DNA of 64,000 nt from Octopus vulgaris (lineage: Eukaryota). The stretch is taken from the NCBI GenBank assembly GCA_951406725.2, contig OX597833.1:7564001-7628000 (forward strand). The letters are read 5' to 3'. The position numbers and the translations under genes are program-made. The notes under the pieces were generated by a model. The model was not told where the DNA came from. It did not search any database and worked only from the letters and a program-made list of their open reading frames with translations. Below, piece after piece: positions 42,904 to 59,229 of this stretch (positions are counted from its first letter, which is position 1; the number at the start of each line of letters is the position of its first letter).

Positions 42904-44126
42904 TATATACATGTATGTATATATTATTCTGTGTGTTTGTGTAAACACACAGCAGAACAAATTGCTCAGATACTCATAGACTTTTAGAGTTTTCGAAGCA
43001 GAACACGAAGACAAATGGATAGAAACGGTGTGCTTATATATACACATGCATGTGTATGTATGTATGTATATGTATACGTGTGTGTGTGGTTGATATAGAT
43101 GGTGGTTATATATATTTATGATAAATACGACTTGATATTGGTTTGTTGTTAAGTAGAATGGAGGAGATAAAATAGCGTTTTACCTCCCAAAAAACTGGCT
43201 CCATGATGTAATGGTGGCTTTTAAGATAGCTGCTTGTGGCAGCGGGATGGGATGGGTGGGGCACAGTGGTGCTGGCAGCGGCGGAGGCGGTGATGGTGGT
43301 GGCAGTGGTGGTGGTGGTGGTGGTGGTGGTGGTGGTGTGTGATGGTGTTGCTGTTGTTGTTGGTGGTGGTGATGGTGGTAATAGTGGTGATAGTGGCGAC
43401 TGGCGGCGCCGGCGCTGTGGTCGCGGCGTTACTTCTGGTGGTGGTGACGGTGGTTATGACAGTGTTGGTGTTGGTGGTGGTGGTGTTGGTGGTGGTAGTG
43501 GTGGAGGTGGTGGTGGTAGCGGATGGTAACTCTCAGGTTGAGATTGAACAGTGAAAGCAGTTTCTGATGGAGGGCCCACCCCTCACTTATCCTCGTCCAC
43601 CCGCCTGCCTCTTCTATTTCTTCATCTCCACCTCCACCCCCCTCTTCGCCACCCCGTTTGCCTTCCCCCCTCCCCCAACACACCCCGCACCCCTACTTCA
43701 TGGCGTGGAAGGTGTTCCTCAAGTTACAACTAAGTGACTTTCCCTCCCATCGAGATGCTTTCGATATAACGAGGGGTGGGGCATGGGGGGGGGGAGGCGG
43801 TGGCGGTTAAACGGACCCAGTGTCTGAATTTCGGCAAACCACGTGTGCGTTTCTGTTGCTTTTTTCTTATTTTATTTTAAGCAAACACAAAGCCACGACA
43901 ATACCACACACATAAACACACTTATACAGAAGCACGTACAAACACACACACACGACACACACACGCCTTCACATATGTTCACACATGCATACGTACATAG
44001 CAACACATATATAAACACATACACACACATGTGTGCATTTAAGCGAACATATACACACACACATGCATAATAATTTGATATTTTTATGCACAACACACCA
44101 AGAATGGAGAAAACACGAGCGCGAGG

Positions 44127-44187
<61 letters not shown>

Positions 44188-44189
44188 TT

Positions 44190-44395
44190 TTTTTACTCTT
44201 TTACTTGTTTCAGTCATTTGACTGCGGCCATGCGGGAGCCCCGCCTTTAGTCGAGCAAATCGACTTGTTCTTTGTAAGCCTAGTACTTATTCTATCGATC
44301 TCTTTGCCAAAACGCTAAGTTACGGGGACGTAAACACACCAACATTTTGTTGTCAAGCGATGGTGGGGGAACTAAAACAAACACACACACGTACG
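44190..44395 (-). mobile_element. SINE family C, 3' half
   Basis: tactcttttacttgtttcagtcatttgactgcggccatg..ctaagttacggggacgtaaacac. Confidence 0.88.
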
Positions 44396-44449
44396 CACAT
44401 ACATACATACATACATACATACATACATACATACATACATACATACATG

Positions 44450-44480
<31 letters not shown>

Positions 44481-44491
44481 AAATATATATA

Positions 44492-44864
44492 ATAGCAGTA
44501 TCGCCCGGCGTTGTTCGGGTTTGTTTCGACCCTTTAGAATTGGAATTTTTGAAAAGTAAAACTTTTGCATTATGTAGCTTGTTATTCTCTTTAAGTGAAC
44601 ATTTTTCTGGTTGAAATACACCGAAAAATGGCGAGACAGCAGTCAAAAAATCGTAAAAAATACGTATTTTCATAGAAAAAAAGCACCTCTTTGATGTAAA
44701 TAATTTTGGGTGTTAACATGGTCCGATTAGAATTTTATCTGGTACGGAAGGAAGAGCAAGCCTTCTTCTATCATACTCAATTTTGGTCAACTTGCGCCGC
44801 AGAGTCTCGGAGGAGATAGTGTTAGTTGAAGGCTACAAAACCTGCCATACACAGACAACTTCAG

Positions 44865-44870
<6 letters not shown>
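44492..44870 (-). mobile_element. Non-autonomous Helitron, same family as 36255-36647, inserted in (TA)n
   Basis: Colinear with 36255-36647 throughout; the terminal CTAG is mutated (atag on the + strand). Confidence 0.9.
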
Positions 44871-44947
<77 letters not shown>

Positions 44948-44975
44948 CATACATGTATACATATGTGCGTGTGTG

Positions 44976-45275
44976 AATGCACGTGGCTTAGTGTTTAGAA
45001 TATTCAATTCACGATCTATGGTAGTGGGAATGATTCTCGGCAGCGTGCTATGTCCTTAAGCAAGACACTTTATTTCACATTGCTCCAGTTCACTCAGCTG
45101 GCCAAGATGAATAGTACCTGTTATTCAATGGGGTCGGCCTTGTCACATTTTGTGTCATGCTGAATCTCCCTGTAAACTACGTTAAGGTTACACGTGTCTG
45201 TGGAGTGCTTGGCCACTCGCGCGTTAATTTTACGAGTAGGCTGTTCCGTTGATTGGATCAACCCGAACACTCATT
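44976..45275 (+). mobile_element. SINE family B, near full length
   Basis: gcacgtggcttagtgtttag..tgtccttaagcaagacactttatttcacattgctccag..gccttgtcaca..gatcaacccgaacac. Confidence 0.88.
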
Positions 45276-45581
45276 CCAGTGTATTTGTGTGTGTGTAGAG
45301 AGAGAGAGTAAGTGAGAGAGAGAGAGAGAGAGAGAGAGTGAGAGAGAGAGAGAGAGAGTGAGAGAGAGAGTGTGAGAGAGAGAGACTATAGCACGTAAAA
45401 CTATTGAAGGCTTAGAAGAGCAAAGGTTGAGGAAAGGCGGATGACGTCATCAGCATCTCTAGAATGGTGAATTCTAAGGATGCAAGAGCATCTATCGACT
45501 TGAATGTCGGTACTTCAGCTTTTACAGTCAACACACGATGACAACGCTTTCTCGATCGTTAATCATGTGTTTAACATAAAG

Positions 45582-45751
45582 AGACAGGAGTGGCTGTGTG
45601 GTAAGTAGCTTGTTTACCAACCACATGGTTCCGGGTTCAGTCCCACTGCGTGGCACCTTGAGCAAGTGTCTTCTACTATAGCCTCGGGCCGACCAAAGCC
45701 TTGTGAATGGATTTGGTAGACGGAAACTGAAAGAAGCCCGTCGTATATATG

Positions 45752-45803
<52 letters not shown>

Positions 45804-46023
45804 TGTGTGTGTTTGTGTGTCTGTGTTTGTCCCCCTAGCATTGCTTGACAACCGATGCTGGTGTGTTTATGTCCCCTTTACTTAGCGGATCGGCACAAGA
45901 GACCGATAGAATAAGTACTGGGCTTACAAAGAATAAGTCCTTGGGTGTAGTTGCTCGACTAAAGGCGGTGCTCCAGCATGGCCGCAGTCAAATGACTGAA
46001 ACAAATAAAAGAGTAAAAGAGTA
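45582..46023 (+). mobile_element. SINE family C, full length (reference copy)
   Basis: A box tggctgtgtggt, B box gggttcagtcc, CORE-like caccttgagcaagtg, central (TA)n(TG)n, and tail ..gactgaaacaaataaaagagtaaaagag. Confidence 0.95.
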
Positions 46024-46205
46024 AGACATTGCAGCGCTTATAAATACTGAACACGAAACATAACTAGATAGCAAAAAAAAGCGGGGGGTGGCGAGATTGA
46101 TTCACAACTCACTGACATATAGAATAACACGCAGAAAAATATTGCCTTCAAATTTTGGCACAAGATTAACAGTTTTACGAAGAAGGAAAACTAAAAGGAA
46201 TTGAA

Positions 46206-46379
46206 GAAATAATCGAATACTACAGCTGTTTCAGAAGGAACATCGGGTGTTTATTACATAATATTATGAATGACTGCATATAGCAGACGAGAAAGAACAC
46301 TAGATTGTTAGGAAACATTCATGACACGTAATAGTCATCCGTTGCCTCTTTTGAAATATCTGTAGGACTCGGCTATTTC
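46206..46379. repeat. Imperfect ~44-bp inverted repeat pair enclosing ~85 bp
   Basis: gaaataatcgaatactacagctgtttcagaagg.. versus ..cctcttttgaaatatctgtaggactcggctatttc. Confidence 0.6.
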
Positions 46380-46665
46380 TTCCGTTCCTTCTATTCACAG
46401 ACTCGATTATCGCATAATAGGCAACATCCATTGCTTCCGAACTGGAGAGGAATACCATATGTCATCATATCGGAATTTCTCGTCTAATATCGATATGGGA
46501 TGAAGTGTATTGAACGCGTTGATTAATAAACATCATTGATCAATTATCGAGTCTTTTGTTTATGCTAGAGACTAACCAACTGCTTTTGAGACAAACACTT
46601 GACTGATCTTACTAAACTATCATTATAACTATCTCTCTCCCCACCTCTCTCTCTCTTTGTCTCTT

Positions 46666-46717
<52 letters not shown>

Positions 46718-46729
46718 TATATACATATA

Positions 46730-46793
<64 letters not shown>

Positions 46794-46957
46794 CCGCACT
46801 AAGGCGCGGTTTTGAGACCCCATGGTCGTAACCTCAACCGTGATTTTTCTGTTGTGATTTTTGCTACACAGGTATCGGTTATAATTTGAATAATCCGTAA
46901 CAAGATAATTCATTTATCCATTTCAATAAATATATATATATATAAATACATACATAC

Positions 46958-47015
<58 letters not shown>

Positions 47016-48660
47016 CATATATACATATATGCATATATATATATATATATGTGTGTCTGTGTGTGTTAGAAAAAGAGAGAAAGAGGGTGTACATAAGCTA
47101 CTGACAGAGGAGGATTTGTGCGCCATTCGTGGCTTTTCTCTCTCTTTTTCTCATTCCATTTCTGTATCTTCACCAGTAAATGATGGATCGACACATCGAT
47201 AGGAGGAACTAGCAATTTATGCATAGAGTGATAAGGGTGGGGTGTAAACTACAGAACACCATTTCATGATAAAACTTATTGTTGACTCCGCCAGGATTGG
47301 AACGTTCTTAAATACAGGTTTGGTTACTTAAGAACTGTTAATTTACTAATGCCGTTAGATTGAGTTTTAAAACTTAATTAGAAACATAATGTGTACGTGT
47401 CTCATCTACGGAAAAAATTGATCTGCGATAAAGCGACCGATTTCTTTTTAGATCAATTTCGACTACTAATAATTTCTTGTATGATGAAACAACAGATAAT
47501 TTAGCATATAAAATGATGAAATTATATATCACATTATATTATGTAATACATTACGTGCCAATAAATTGCCATGCTACTGAAACATTTGTAGCATGAACTG
47601 AGATGTTTTTTGGTTTCATTTCTTCGCCGCGTGACATATGCAGCTGATGTTGTTACAGTGAATGGGGTGGCAGAGTACCTAACATCATTAAGGAAGTCAA
47701 GGTTGCATCGCTTACTTCAGTAACTGGATGACAGAATAGGAATCTTCATCAGTAATCCTAGAGTACAATGCTAACCAAATACACGCTGGAGGCTATGAAG
47801 TTGATAAACACGATCATTAAGATACAAAACAATGTATGTATGTATGTATGTATGTATGTATGTATGTATGTATGCATGCATGCATGCATGCATGCATGTA
47901 TGTATGTATGTATGTATGTATGTATGTATGTATGTATGTATGTATGTATGTATGTATGTATGTATGCATGCATGCATGCATGCATGCATGTATGTATGTA
48001 TGTATGTATGTATGTATGTATGTGTGTATGTATGTATGTAAAACTTTGTATTGTTGGAAAGCATATATGGTCTGCTTGGAATCTTGCTTCAAGTTCCTGG
48101 AACTCACTTCTATAAATTTATAAGTATATTTACACCCTCTAAGATGTTTGGAAAACCTATATGAAATTTAGCCGAAGATTACTTAACATTATATTTGCTG
48201 TAATATTTGCAGCTTTAATAAATTGTTATAGTATGAAACAATTCTACCGATCCATTCTTGTTGCTTATTATTTTTATGTATGTATGTATGTATGTATGTA
48301 TGTATGTAGTCAACCTGACCCCTTTTTTATAGTCAGTTTCTACATTTCTGCATTTTATATTTTGCTTATAACTGTATTTTGTTACTACATCTACGAGTTT
48401 AGTTGGAAATGACACATCACTTTGAGTATGACACATCACTCACACTGAGTGAAACAGCAGTATAGGAAATAACAAAGGACTTATTTAAACAATCATCTGA
48501 GGAGGTGCATGATAATGATTACACAATATTTCACCAATGTCCTATAGGTATAGAAATGTGTGGAAACGATTGTAATGATTTTAATAATATCGTTCATTCT
48601 ATTTTTATCATTTATCTATACATATATCTGTACACACACACACACACGCACACACACAGG

Positions 48661-48800
<140 letters not shown>

Positions 48801-49596
48801 CTGATAGCTAGATAGGTATAATTAAATATACATTTATATCTAAATTTTAAAAATATACGTATACACACATATATACACACATATATATACACAGATATAT
48901 GTAATACCTATGGTTGTATGCGTGTAGAGAGAGATGGATGAGTGTACACATAATAATACAATATATACACCCTCACGCCCACCCACATAATCTATAAGTA
49001 TGCACACGCACTTATACATATATATATATAAATGAATATATATATATATATATATACATACATACACACGCACATATATAGATACATACATACACACACA
49101 CACAAACACACACATATATATCTATAATCACGAGAGATGTCTAAGATATTTTCCTATGATATCACCAGTTGGTTATCAAAGCCGGAAGTGTGTGTATATC
49201 GTTGCTGTTATCTCGTATGTCCTGCCTCCCTGCTGCCATACTAACAGGTACACGGAGAGGGTTTTGGGTGGGGCTGGTGAGGCGGGTGGATGGGATGCCG
49301 GGTTGAACAGGGGTGCCGATTTAAGGGAGACAGCTCCTAGGATGTATATATATACAAAATTAAATTTATGTGCGTTTAGGCCATTTAGTGTGGGTGTAAA
49401 TGTGGATGCCTACTAAGTGACTGTACGTACATATATGATATATTATATATAGTATATTTAAACCTATATATATATATATATATACGTTCTTTTATATATG
49501 TGCATTAGTGTGTGTGTAAGTATATATATTTCTAACGTATGTATGTATTTTGACACGTCCGCAGCATGCATTTATATGTTTATGCAAAGATATTTG

Positions 49597-49675
<79 letters not shown>

Positions 49676-50054
49676 CACACATATATATATATATATATAT
49701 ACATAGATATACATACATACATACATACATACATACATACATACATACATACATTCTTGCATACATACATACATACATACATTCATACATACATACATAT
49801 ACACATGTACATATAGATGCATATATGTGTATCTATATTTATGCGCACGGCAGACGTATGAAGATATATATAAATACGCATATACATTCATACATATATA
49901 TATATACACACACAAATACACACATATACACACGCATACACACATATACACTCACACCCACAGATATATATATAAATGTATGTGTATGTATATATATATA
50001 CATACACACACATATATATATATATATATACATATACATAGGGAACGACCGATC

Positions 50055-50098
<44 letters not shown>

Positions 50099-50449
50099 TA
50101 CACACACAGAGACATTGGTCGTTCCCATACATAAATACATCCATTCACAGTTGAGTGTTGTATAAATGTCTGTAAGAAATGCAGGTGGTCCTGGCTAGGA
50201 GCTGGCTATCATTTAAAGCCATTTTATTCCAGTTTCCTAAACGACAATCGTCCTACGTGGTAGCCATCTGCTAGTAATCTGCTCGCCTCTGAAATGGCTC
50301 TTCACAGACCACTTATGGTGAGAAGAGGCGAAAACACAACACAGCAACTATGGAAGGTCATTGTGAACGTAACGTAACCTGCTGCCTATGGCTATGGTGT
50401 TGCACTGGGGACATAATCATTGTATATTGTAACGTTAACGGTTTCCTGT

Positions 50450-50765
50450 TCACTTGTTTCAGTCCTTGGACTGCGGCCATGCTGGGGCACCGCCTTGAAG
50501 GGTTTTCCTCGAAGAAATGGACACCAGAGCTTATTTTATTAAGTTAGTTACTTATTCTATCGGTCAGTTTTACAGAACTGCTAAGTTACGGGAACTTAAA
50601 CAAACCAACACCGGTTTTCAAGCAGTGGCGACACAGTCAAACACACACGCACACACACACACACACATGCACTCGACCTCGGCGGAATTTGAACTCAGAA
50701 TCCTAAAAATGTAAATGCTTAGCGGCGTTTCGTTCAGTGCGCTAACGATACTGCCGCCACCTTAA
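50450..50765 (-). mobile_element. Family C 3' half (50450-50645) and family A head (50672-50765)
   Basis: cttgtttcagtccttggactgcggccatgctggggcaccgcc; tcgacctcggcggaatttgaactcagaa. Confidence 0.8.
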
Positions 50766-50805
50766 ACACAGGTTTAATTATACTAATTATTATTATAATT
50801 ATTAT

Positions 50806-51301
50806 TCAGTAGTTTTATTTTTATTTTTATAGCGTGCTTTCACTTCACTACCGAGCGCAGCTCTGTGTGCCTTGGGTATGTGCTGTGATTTGTTGTGATG
50901 CTCTGATGGTTATTGTATGGAAAGTGTTCTGCGTAGGATGTGTGCAGTGCCTAGTAGTGCAATTTTCTGTATGTTATATGTGTTTGTAAGTCCTGGTGCT
51001 TTTGTTATGTATTTGTCTGAATATTTTTTCATCATGCCTAATGCACCTACTATGATAGGAATTGTTTCTGTTTTTAAATTCCACATTCTGGTTACCTCTA
51101 TTTCTAGGTCTTTGTATTTTGAAAGTTTCTCCATTTCTTTTAGAGACACGTTGTCATCTGCTGGTATTGATACATCAATTAGATAGCATTTTTTTTCCTT
51201 CATGATCTCTGACAACTATATCTGGTCTGTTGGCCTTAATTTCTCTATCTGTGTGTATTGGCATATCCCAGAGTATGGTTGCTTTCTCGTTTTCTGTGAC
51301 C
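50806..51301 (-). mobile_element. R4/Dong-like retrotransposon 3' end (restriction-like endonuclease domain), flanked by (TAA)n
   Basis: KVTENEKATILWDMPIHTDREIKANRPDIVVRD + KCYLIDVSIPADDNVSLKEMEKLSKYKDL..IPIIVGALG..IQKIALLGTAHILRRTL contains the RPD..D..K.KY..L motif, with one frameshift in a poly-A run. Confidence 0.92.
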
Positions 51302-51325
51302 TTATTATTATTATTATTATTATTA

Positions 51326-51493
<168 letters not shown>

Positions 51494-51954
51494 TTGTACA
51501 TCAATCAAAGGGGATAAACCCAATCATGGAAAAAGTAATGTTTCAAATCAGTCCAACAATCTTTCTACGCTCATTCGTTTTGGAGTTGAAGATTTTCAAG
51601 AGTATTTTCAACCAACCCCAGCCTCCCAAAAATGTTTAGGGTGTGGGCTCGCAGCTCCTGAAGTCCCTATTCCCGAGCCTAAATATAAATACAGCTATGG
51701 CTAGATTTGAACTGAAAAGGGCAGTAACTATCTATAGCAAGCCATTTATTATTCCGACGCTTTGTACCGTTTTACTTCAGGCTTGTTATAATAGTAACCA
51801 GTGATGAAACTTCTTGTGTGATCATTTGAATTGCGAGTAATAGCAACCAAATCACCTCTTAAATCATACTTAAATATTGTAATTATTGAAGGATATTCTC
51901 TTAAAAAGGATGAACATATTTAAAAAATATAAACCTAAATGACAATGTGTGGAA

Positions 51955-52160
51955 GAGCGTGCTTAGTTGTTATGATTTTAGAATCATGATTGTAAGGTTG
52001 TGGGTTCGATTCCTGAACTGGACGATTTATTCTTCAACAGAACACTTCATTACATGTTGCTCCAGTTTACCCAGCTGGTAGAAATGAGTAACCCCTGAGA
52101 CGAACTGGCGTCCCATCCATGAGCGGGGTGAGGGTATATACACCATGGAAACCTAAGTCT
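51955..52160 (+). mobile_element. Family B-like SINE with a different tail
   Basis: gtgcttagttgtt..gggttcgattcctg..acacttcattacatgttgctccag..aatgagtaacccctgagacgaactggcgtcccatcca. Confidence 0.7.
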
Positions 52161-53362
52161 ACGCGACTTGGGAAGGATCATTTTAGTCTTAGATACACTG
52201 TTTCTATAACAGATGGAATGGTCACAGCTGGAAAAATGTTGATCATATGTCTACTGGATCCAGGTCGACCCAGGGCTAAAAAACAACAACAATAAAATTT
52301 CATGGTTCTCTTTCATGGAAGACAACGTAACAATCTTTACAATGGACAACTTTATATGCTCCACTCAAGGCAGCCCCCTATTTGCCATAAACCCTCCGCC
52401 AGAGAAATCCTGGATACATCATAGATATGTATGCGGGGATTTTGCTAATCCCTTCTTCATGTCATTCAGGTTCTATTATTTCTGTGCCATCTTTGAAAAT
52501 AAGATTCTTTCGGTGGCATTATTGATCCGAAAGTTCCTCATAAAAATCTGCATGAAGTATCGTCGTCAAGGCCTATAGTAAATGTTAGGCCATTATCGGT
52601 TGAATATAGCCATATGTAGGGTTGTTTGAGCACCTGGAAACACTAGAGATACCAAACTCTCATATTCGGTTTTCGTTTGATCCTAAACCGCAGTTCTGTG
52701 AGAATACACTTCTGAAACATGCTCCAAGTGTTTTTCAAAGATCTCTGATGCCGTCCCCTCAACAGATGTGTACACATGAAAGAATTTCGCCATGGATCTC
52801 ATTCCAAGGAACTCTGAAGATACTATGGCCGAAGATGATCATGGCATAGCCTTTCGTGGAATCGGTCTTCATAGTATGATGGTCCTTCTGACCACCGGTA
52901 CCCAAGCATACGAACCGGAACTGCAGTTTCTCTAATTTACCCAATCATGCCGTAGGAGACAGACATGGCTATCACGTGGTGCCTGTTCCCTATTTGACAT
53001 TGATGTACGTGTTGGCCATCTCGGCTCGTTCTAGAAATAATAAACCTTTTTCTATAGGGGACAGCAGGGGTCCTTTTCGGCTCTTAGTAAACTTTCAAAC
53101 TATATAACTATGTGGAAACACGCGTACACACACATGACAAACAGTGACACACACGTGGATACACGCACACATGCGCGTGCACACAAACACATCCACACAC
53201 TTACGCATGCACACACACACACATGCACACGCACGCGCGCATATAGAGACATGTGCCCTACGATACAGACACCATGATAGCACTCACACACTCACTCGGA
53301 TACATTCACACACGCACATACACACACAAATACACAAAGGCACACATACAGACGACCATCCT

Positions 53363-53416
<54 letters not shown>

Positions 53417-53554
53417 TATTTCAGTGAGGATTGTCTTGTTATGTTTTGTATTTAGAGACGAAGATTTTGGTTGCTATTTCCAGCAGTTTGACTTGGTACT
53501 GATGACGACAATGATGATGATGCCGTTGCTGCTGCTATTGCCGTTACAAATGCT

Positions 53555-53722
53555 GAAAGTTGTGGTGAAAGAGTACAGCGGGGTTCGCCACCCGACCCCC
53601 TCCGGAACCTCGTGGAGCTTAGGTGTTTTGCTCAATAAACACTCACAATGCCCGGTCTGGGGATCGAAACCGCGTTCTTACGACCGCGAGTCCGCTGCTC
53701 TAACCACTGGGCCATTGCGCCT
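53555..53722 (-). mobile_element. SINE family D, 5' part (tRNA-like head)
   Basis: Reverse complement ggcgcaatggcccagtggttagagcagcggactcgcggtc..ggtttcgatcccc..gtgagtgtttattgagcaaaacacctaagctccacgagg. Confidence 0.85.
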
Positions 53723-54054
53723 CCTGTTGTTGCTGTTGTCGCTTTAGCAGAAGACACCCCCACCCCACCCCCACCTCGACCCCATAACCCCATCCCACCC
53801 CCACCCGTTCAATTAATGACGCTGACGTCATCTCAGCTGATTTGGTTTCCATGATTCTTCACTCTGGAACTCACGGACTTTGAACCCTTTTATATAGGAT
53901 TACTTGTCTCAGTCTAGCTTCCCACGTGGTTTTGTGACGCGTGTGTGTGTGTGAACGTACGCATGTGTGTGTGTGTGTGTGTGTGCGTGTGTGGCATAAA
54001 ACAAACACAAATGTTTGTACATACCTATACACACATTGTGTGTACGTGTGTTCG

Positions 54055-54720
<666 letters not shown>

Positions 54721-55467
54721 AGTCATGTCGGTCTATTCACCATTTGTTGACCTTTCCACATGCAGAGATAACTAAGTCTTCGGACTTTGACCTCATCAGA
54801 CAATTGGTGCTGAACTGAGAACAACAATGACGACGACGACGACGACGACGACGATGACAAAACAGCAATAACAAGAAGAAGAACATCAACAACAACAAAA
54901 ACCATAATCACCAAAATGATGAGAGAGGATTGATTTGCCTGATTTATCGATTTCTTATTTTGGGATGAATCGGAAACATGATGCTGTGGCGTTCATCACT
55001 TACCCAAAGGCATAGACCTCTCATGACAAAAAAAAATTATCTTCAACCGAGAATCGAAACTAGACTTCAATTATAACCTTCTATCACCAAGTTCGCCGTG
55101 ATCCAACACCCCTATGATCAAAGTTGCTCCATCCGTGACCGTTCCGACTTTCATTCAGACCTAGTTTTTTTGGTCTACATTATTTTACGCGTGCTTCGTT
55201 GTCGTTTAGACATTTCTAATATATATGTATTACCATGAATGTTCAATTTAGAAGCAAAGATTCCGAAAGAAGTTACAAGGTCGCCAAATGTCACATAAGC
55301 GCCCAAGGAATTGGAAATCACATTTGCGTGGGAGTTAATTCCGAGGAGAAGTGAGACACGTTTTGGAGAACATAAGAAGAATGGAAAATGGAGTCAAACG
55401 CTTCAGGTGTTATTTCTTGAACGTTTGTCTCCATTTCCCTTTATTCTTATGTATAAACATGTGTAAC

Positions 55468-55945
55468 ACACTGGGTGCGATGGGTAAATTGTCGCCAGGT
55501 TATAGTTTTAATTTCGCACATGCACATCGTTTGTTTTTGATTTTGTCGACTACACAGTATGGTAGGCTCATTTGGGCACTGTCTGTGAGAAAAACAGCAC
55601 CGTGACGTAATTCACTCTGCCAGAAATTCGGAAACGACATGCTGTGCTGCTTATCTGAGTACATGTACCGAGAGTGGTGAAAATCAAGCATCTAGGCAAC
55701 ATCATGGTGTTTGGAGTGATGACTAGTGATGGCGATGTTATACCGCTTTTCATCTTCCCACACGGCCTCACACTCAACACGGAAGTCTACATCAAGTGCT
55801 TGGAGGAAGTAGTGCTGCCCTGGGTCAAGAGGGTAGCTGCTGAAAGGCCCTATATCTGGTAACAGGACTCTGCACTATACCACACAGGCAGGAGGACCCA
55901 GTCATGGTTGACACGCAGTTTCTGCGACCACATCACCCCTGACTA
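55468..55945 (+). mobile_element. Tc1/mariner-superfamily (maT/DD37D-like) transposon fragment
   Basis: [81 protein letters not shown] includes the second catalytic Asp motif QDSA. Putative left end is cactgggtgcgatgggtaaattgtcgcc. Confidence 0.85.
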
Positions 55946-55950
55946 CCCAG

Positions 55951-55988
<38 letters not shown>

Positions 55989-56001
55989 CATTCAACTACT
56001 C

Positions 56002-56173
<172 letters not shown>

Positions 56174-56869
56174 TATATACACACACATTTTTATATCTAC
56201 ATGTGAGTATGTATATAAGTGTGTGTATTCATCTATATATTGATGAACTCCCAACAAATACATTTTATTTGATCCTCACTATATTACTTTTACTTAGCTT
56301 AATGGTTAGGTAACTGGGTTATCGATCAGAAGGTGACGGTTTCGATTCCTGATCTGAGTGATATATTATTTCTTTAGGTAAGGGACATTTCTTCGCGTTG
56401 CTCCTGTCTTCCGCCAGTAAAAATGAATAAAAAAAACTTGACACAGTGTCCACCCTTCGGCCACATTAGCGTGACAGCATAAACGAAGCAGTTTCTTCAG
56501 ACACGAGGAAAGAAATGCCCAACGCTGGGCAGCGATCGCCTCTCTTTACTCTTTAATCACCGTTACACGTCTCTCCAATTATCTTTAATCTTATATCAAC
56601 CTTTAACCTAATCCTGATTAGTCTTTTCACCGGAAATAACAACTGTGACTTGTTAAACGGAGAAGCAATAAAAACCCCTTTGTCCATTTATGTGTCAAAA
56701 GTGTGTCTAACAGGTGGACAGTGGTCAGTTATTCTGTCTAGACAGGTCACTCTAACACTAAGCTATTGTCCAGCCTCTATTTCCGGTTGTTTTGTGTTTA
56801 GCTGGACTTTGTTGTAGTTTGGTTTCTTGTTCATCCGTGACCATCCATTTTATAACCTCTGTACTCCGG

Positions 56870-57124
56870 TTCCAAATTTGGTCATTGTACTTTTAAAGAG
56901 AGTTGGCCCTTTGGCAAAGTCGTAAGAATAAGGCAGAGGTTGTTTCGTGGGAATTTTTGTTCTGGCTTTCAGCGATCTGAGATGAAATTCCGTCGGGGTC
57001 AATTTTGCATTCCGTCCTTTGGGACTGATAAGGTACCAGGCAAATAGGGAGGTAGAGTCTGCTGTCACATACACTCACTCATCCTCACTCAGTCTTTTCT
57101 TTTTCTCTCTCCCCTCTCTCTTTT

Positions 57125-57204
<80 letters not shown>

Positions 57205-57868
57205 CACACGTACGCGTGCGCTTTCTGTCTGGAAAAAATCCGCCATATTTAGAAATGGTCTCAGAAAGATTTTATAAAATGCCCAAGACGTGCTTTGTAT
57301 CACGCAGTGCCCTACAATTCCATCCGGAGTTGAGGCCCTACCAACAATCTTAAACCCTTTTGTTATTATACTGTCCTTGTTTCAGTTTTTTTGAAAATGA
57401 AGAATTTAATAAAACAACTTTATCATGTTAACCTAAGGTTTGAAACATAAATTAACATAAAATTTTAATGAAACATAAAATAACATGAAATTTAAATTAA
57501 CATATAATTTAATGAAGCATAAATTAACATAAAGTTTTAATTTAGATCACTTTGAATTAGGAAGTTTGTATCATAGAACCAGAGGCGGTATTAAAACAGC
57601 CAAACACTTAGAGTATCAAGTTTTTGCCGAAGTAAAAAGCAGATCCTGAAGGAATCAATACTGGTTTCAGATTTTGGCACAATGCCAGCAATTTCGTGGG
57701 AGGGAGGTGAGGAGGTGAGTGAGTCGATTACATCGACCCCAGTTTTCAACTCGTACTTATGTTATCGACCCCGAAAAGAGAAAAGGTAAAGTCGACTTCT
57801 GCAGAATTTGATTTCAGAACTTAAAGACGGACAAAAGCACTTCTTCCAGTAACGATTCTGCCAGCTGT
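56870..57868 (-). mobile_element. Two degraded family A SINEs (56870-57060 and 57660-57868)
   Basis: gtcgattacatcgacccc..tatcgaccccgaaa..aaagtcgac..acgattctgccagct and a more diverged equivalent. Confidence 0.7.
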
Positions 57869-58082
57869 ACATACATACACATATATGTTCATATATATAT
57901 ATAGTTCGTATACGTAGGTCTCTCGGTGTGTGTGTGTGTGTGTGTGTAAATTTGCTTCATACGTTAAAACTTTTTAAGTTTATATATTTTTTTAGGCAAG
58001 ATAAAGTAATCGAGTCCTGACGATGGCTTTAACAAAAGTCAAAGCTAATCGAATACTGAGAAGATATATAAATATATATATA

Positions 58083-58242
<160 letters not shown>

Positions 58243-58987
58243 CAGATAGATACACATATATATATGTAAATACATATGTAAATACATACATACACATATA
58301 CATGCATACATACATACATGCATACATGCATACACACATACATACATACATACATACATACATACATACATACATACATACATACATACATACATACATA
58401 CACACATACATACATACATACATACATACATACATACCCACCCAGGCATCCAATCTGACAATTTCCAAAGCCGTCTCCATGAAAATATATCAATGGGTGT
58501 CAGAAGAGCAAATTGGCTAAATTTACTGCGCTAAATCTCCAAGTGTCTGTGATTTCTTCGAAGAATTGTGATGTTGGAATGGTGTAGACCCCAAAACGAG
58601 TGTGTGATTTATCACTTCACAGTCCTGGACCTGTCAACAAGTGAACACATTTCAAGTGGCCCCTCGTGTTGTCCACTACGACTGTGGTCCCTCCACGGAA
58701 ACGTCGACTTTTGTTTAAGCGAACAACTGCCAGAGGTCAATGATATGTCTATCGTGTTGTTTGAGCGGTAACATGTATACTAACCCTGTGTGTGTTTGGT
58801 TGGGAGGGGTGGGTTCTGAGTGTGTGTGTCAGGGTACGTGCGTGTATGCCTGTACACATGTATTGATGTGTGAGTGTAGATATGTATATATGTATATATA
58901 CATCCATGCATAATGTATCTATACGTATGTATATATGAGTATTACACACGCACATATTAATAAATATCATATGTATATATTCAGATA

Positions 58988-59061
<74 letters not shown>

Positions 59062-59069
59062 TACGCATT

Positions 59070-59134
<65 letters not shown>

Positions 59135-59229
59135 CTGTCTGTCTGTCTGTATTTATATACATTCTTATATACATATATATATGTATATATACATAATATA
59201 TATACTTAATATATATATCTACATATATT

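Noticed and set aside
47570-47595. Short hairpins (catgctac..gtagcatg; also aaatgctcg..cgagcattt near 60188)
   Set aside because: Stems are too short for a pre-miRNA and are not meaningful as terminators in this context.
52300-53090. Complex ~800-bp stretch with a minus-strand FEKHLEHV reminiscent of gypsy RT
   Set aside because: No YxDD or other RT motif nearby and frequent stops; left unclassified.
53660-53722. tRNA-like sequences (also 9456-9520 and 63555-63617)
   Set aside because: A and B boxes are present but there is no intact cloverleaf; they match multi-copy SINE heads.
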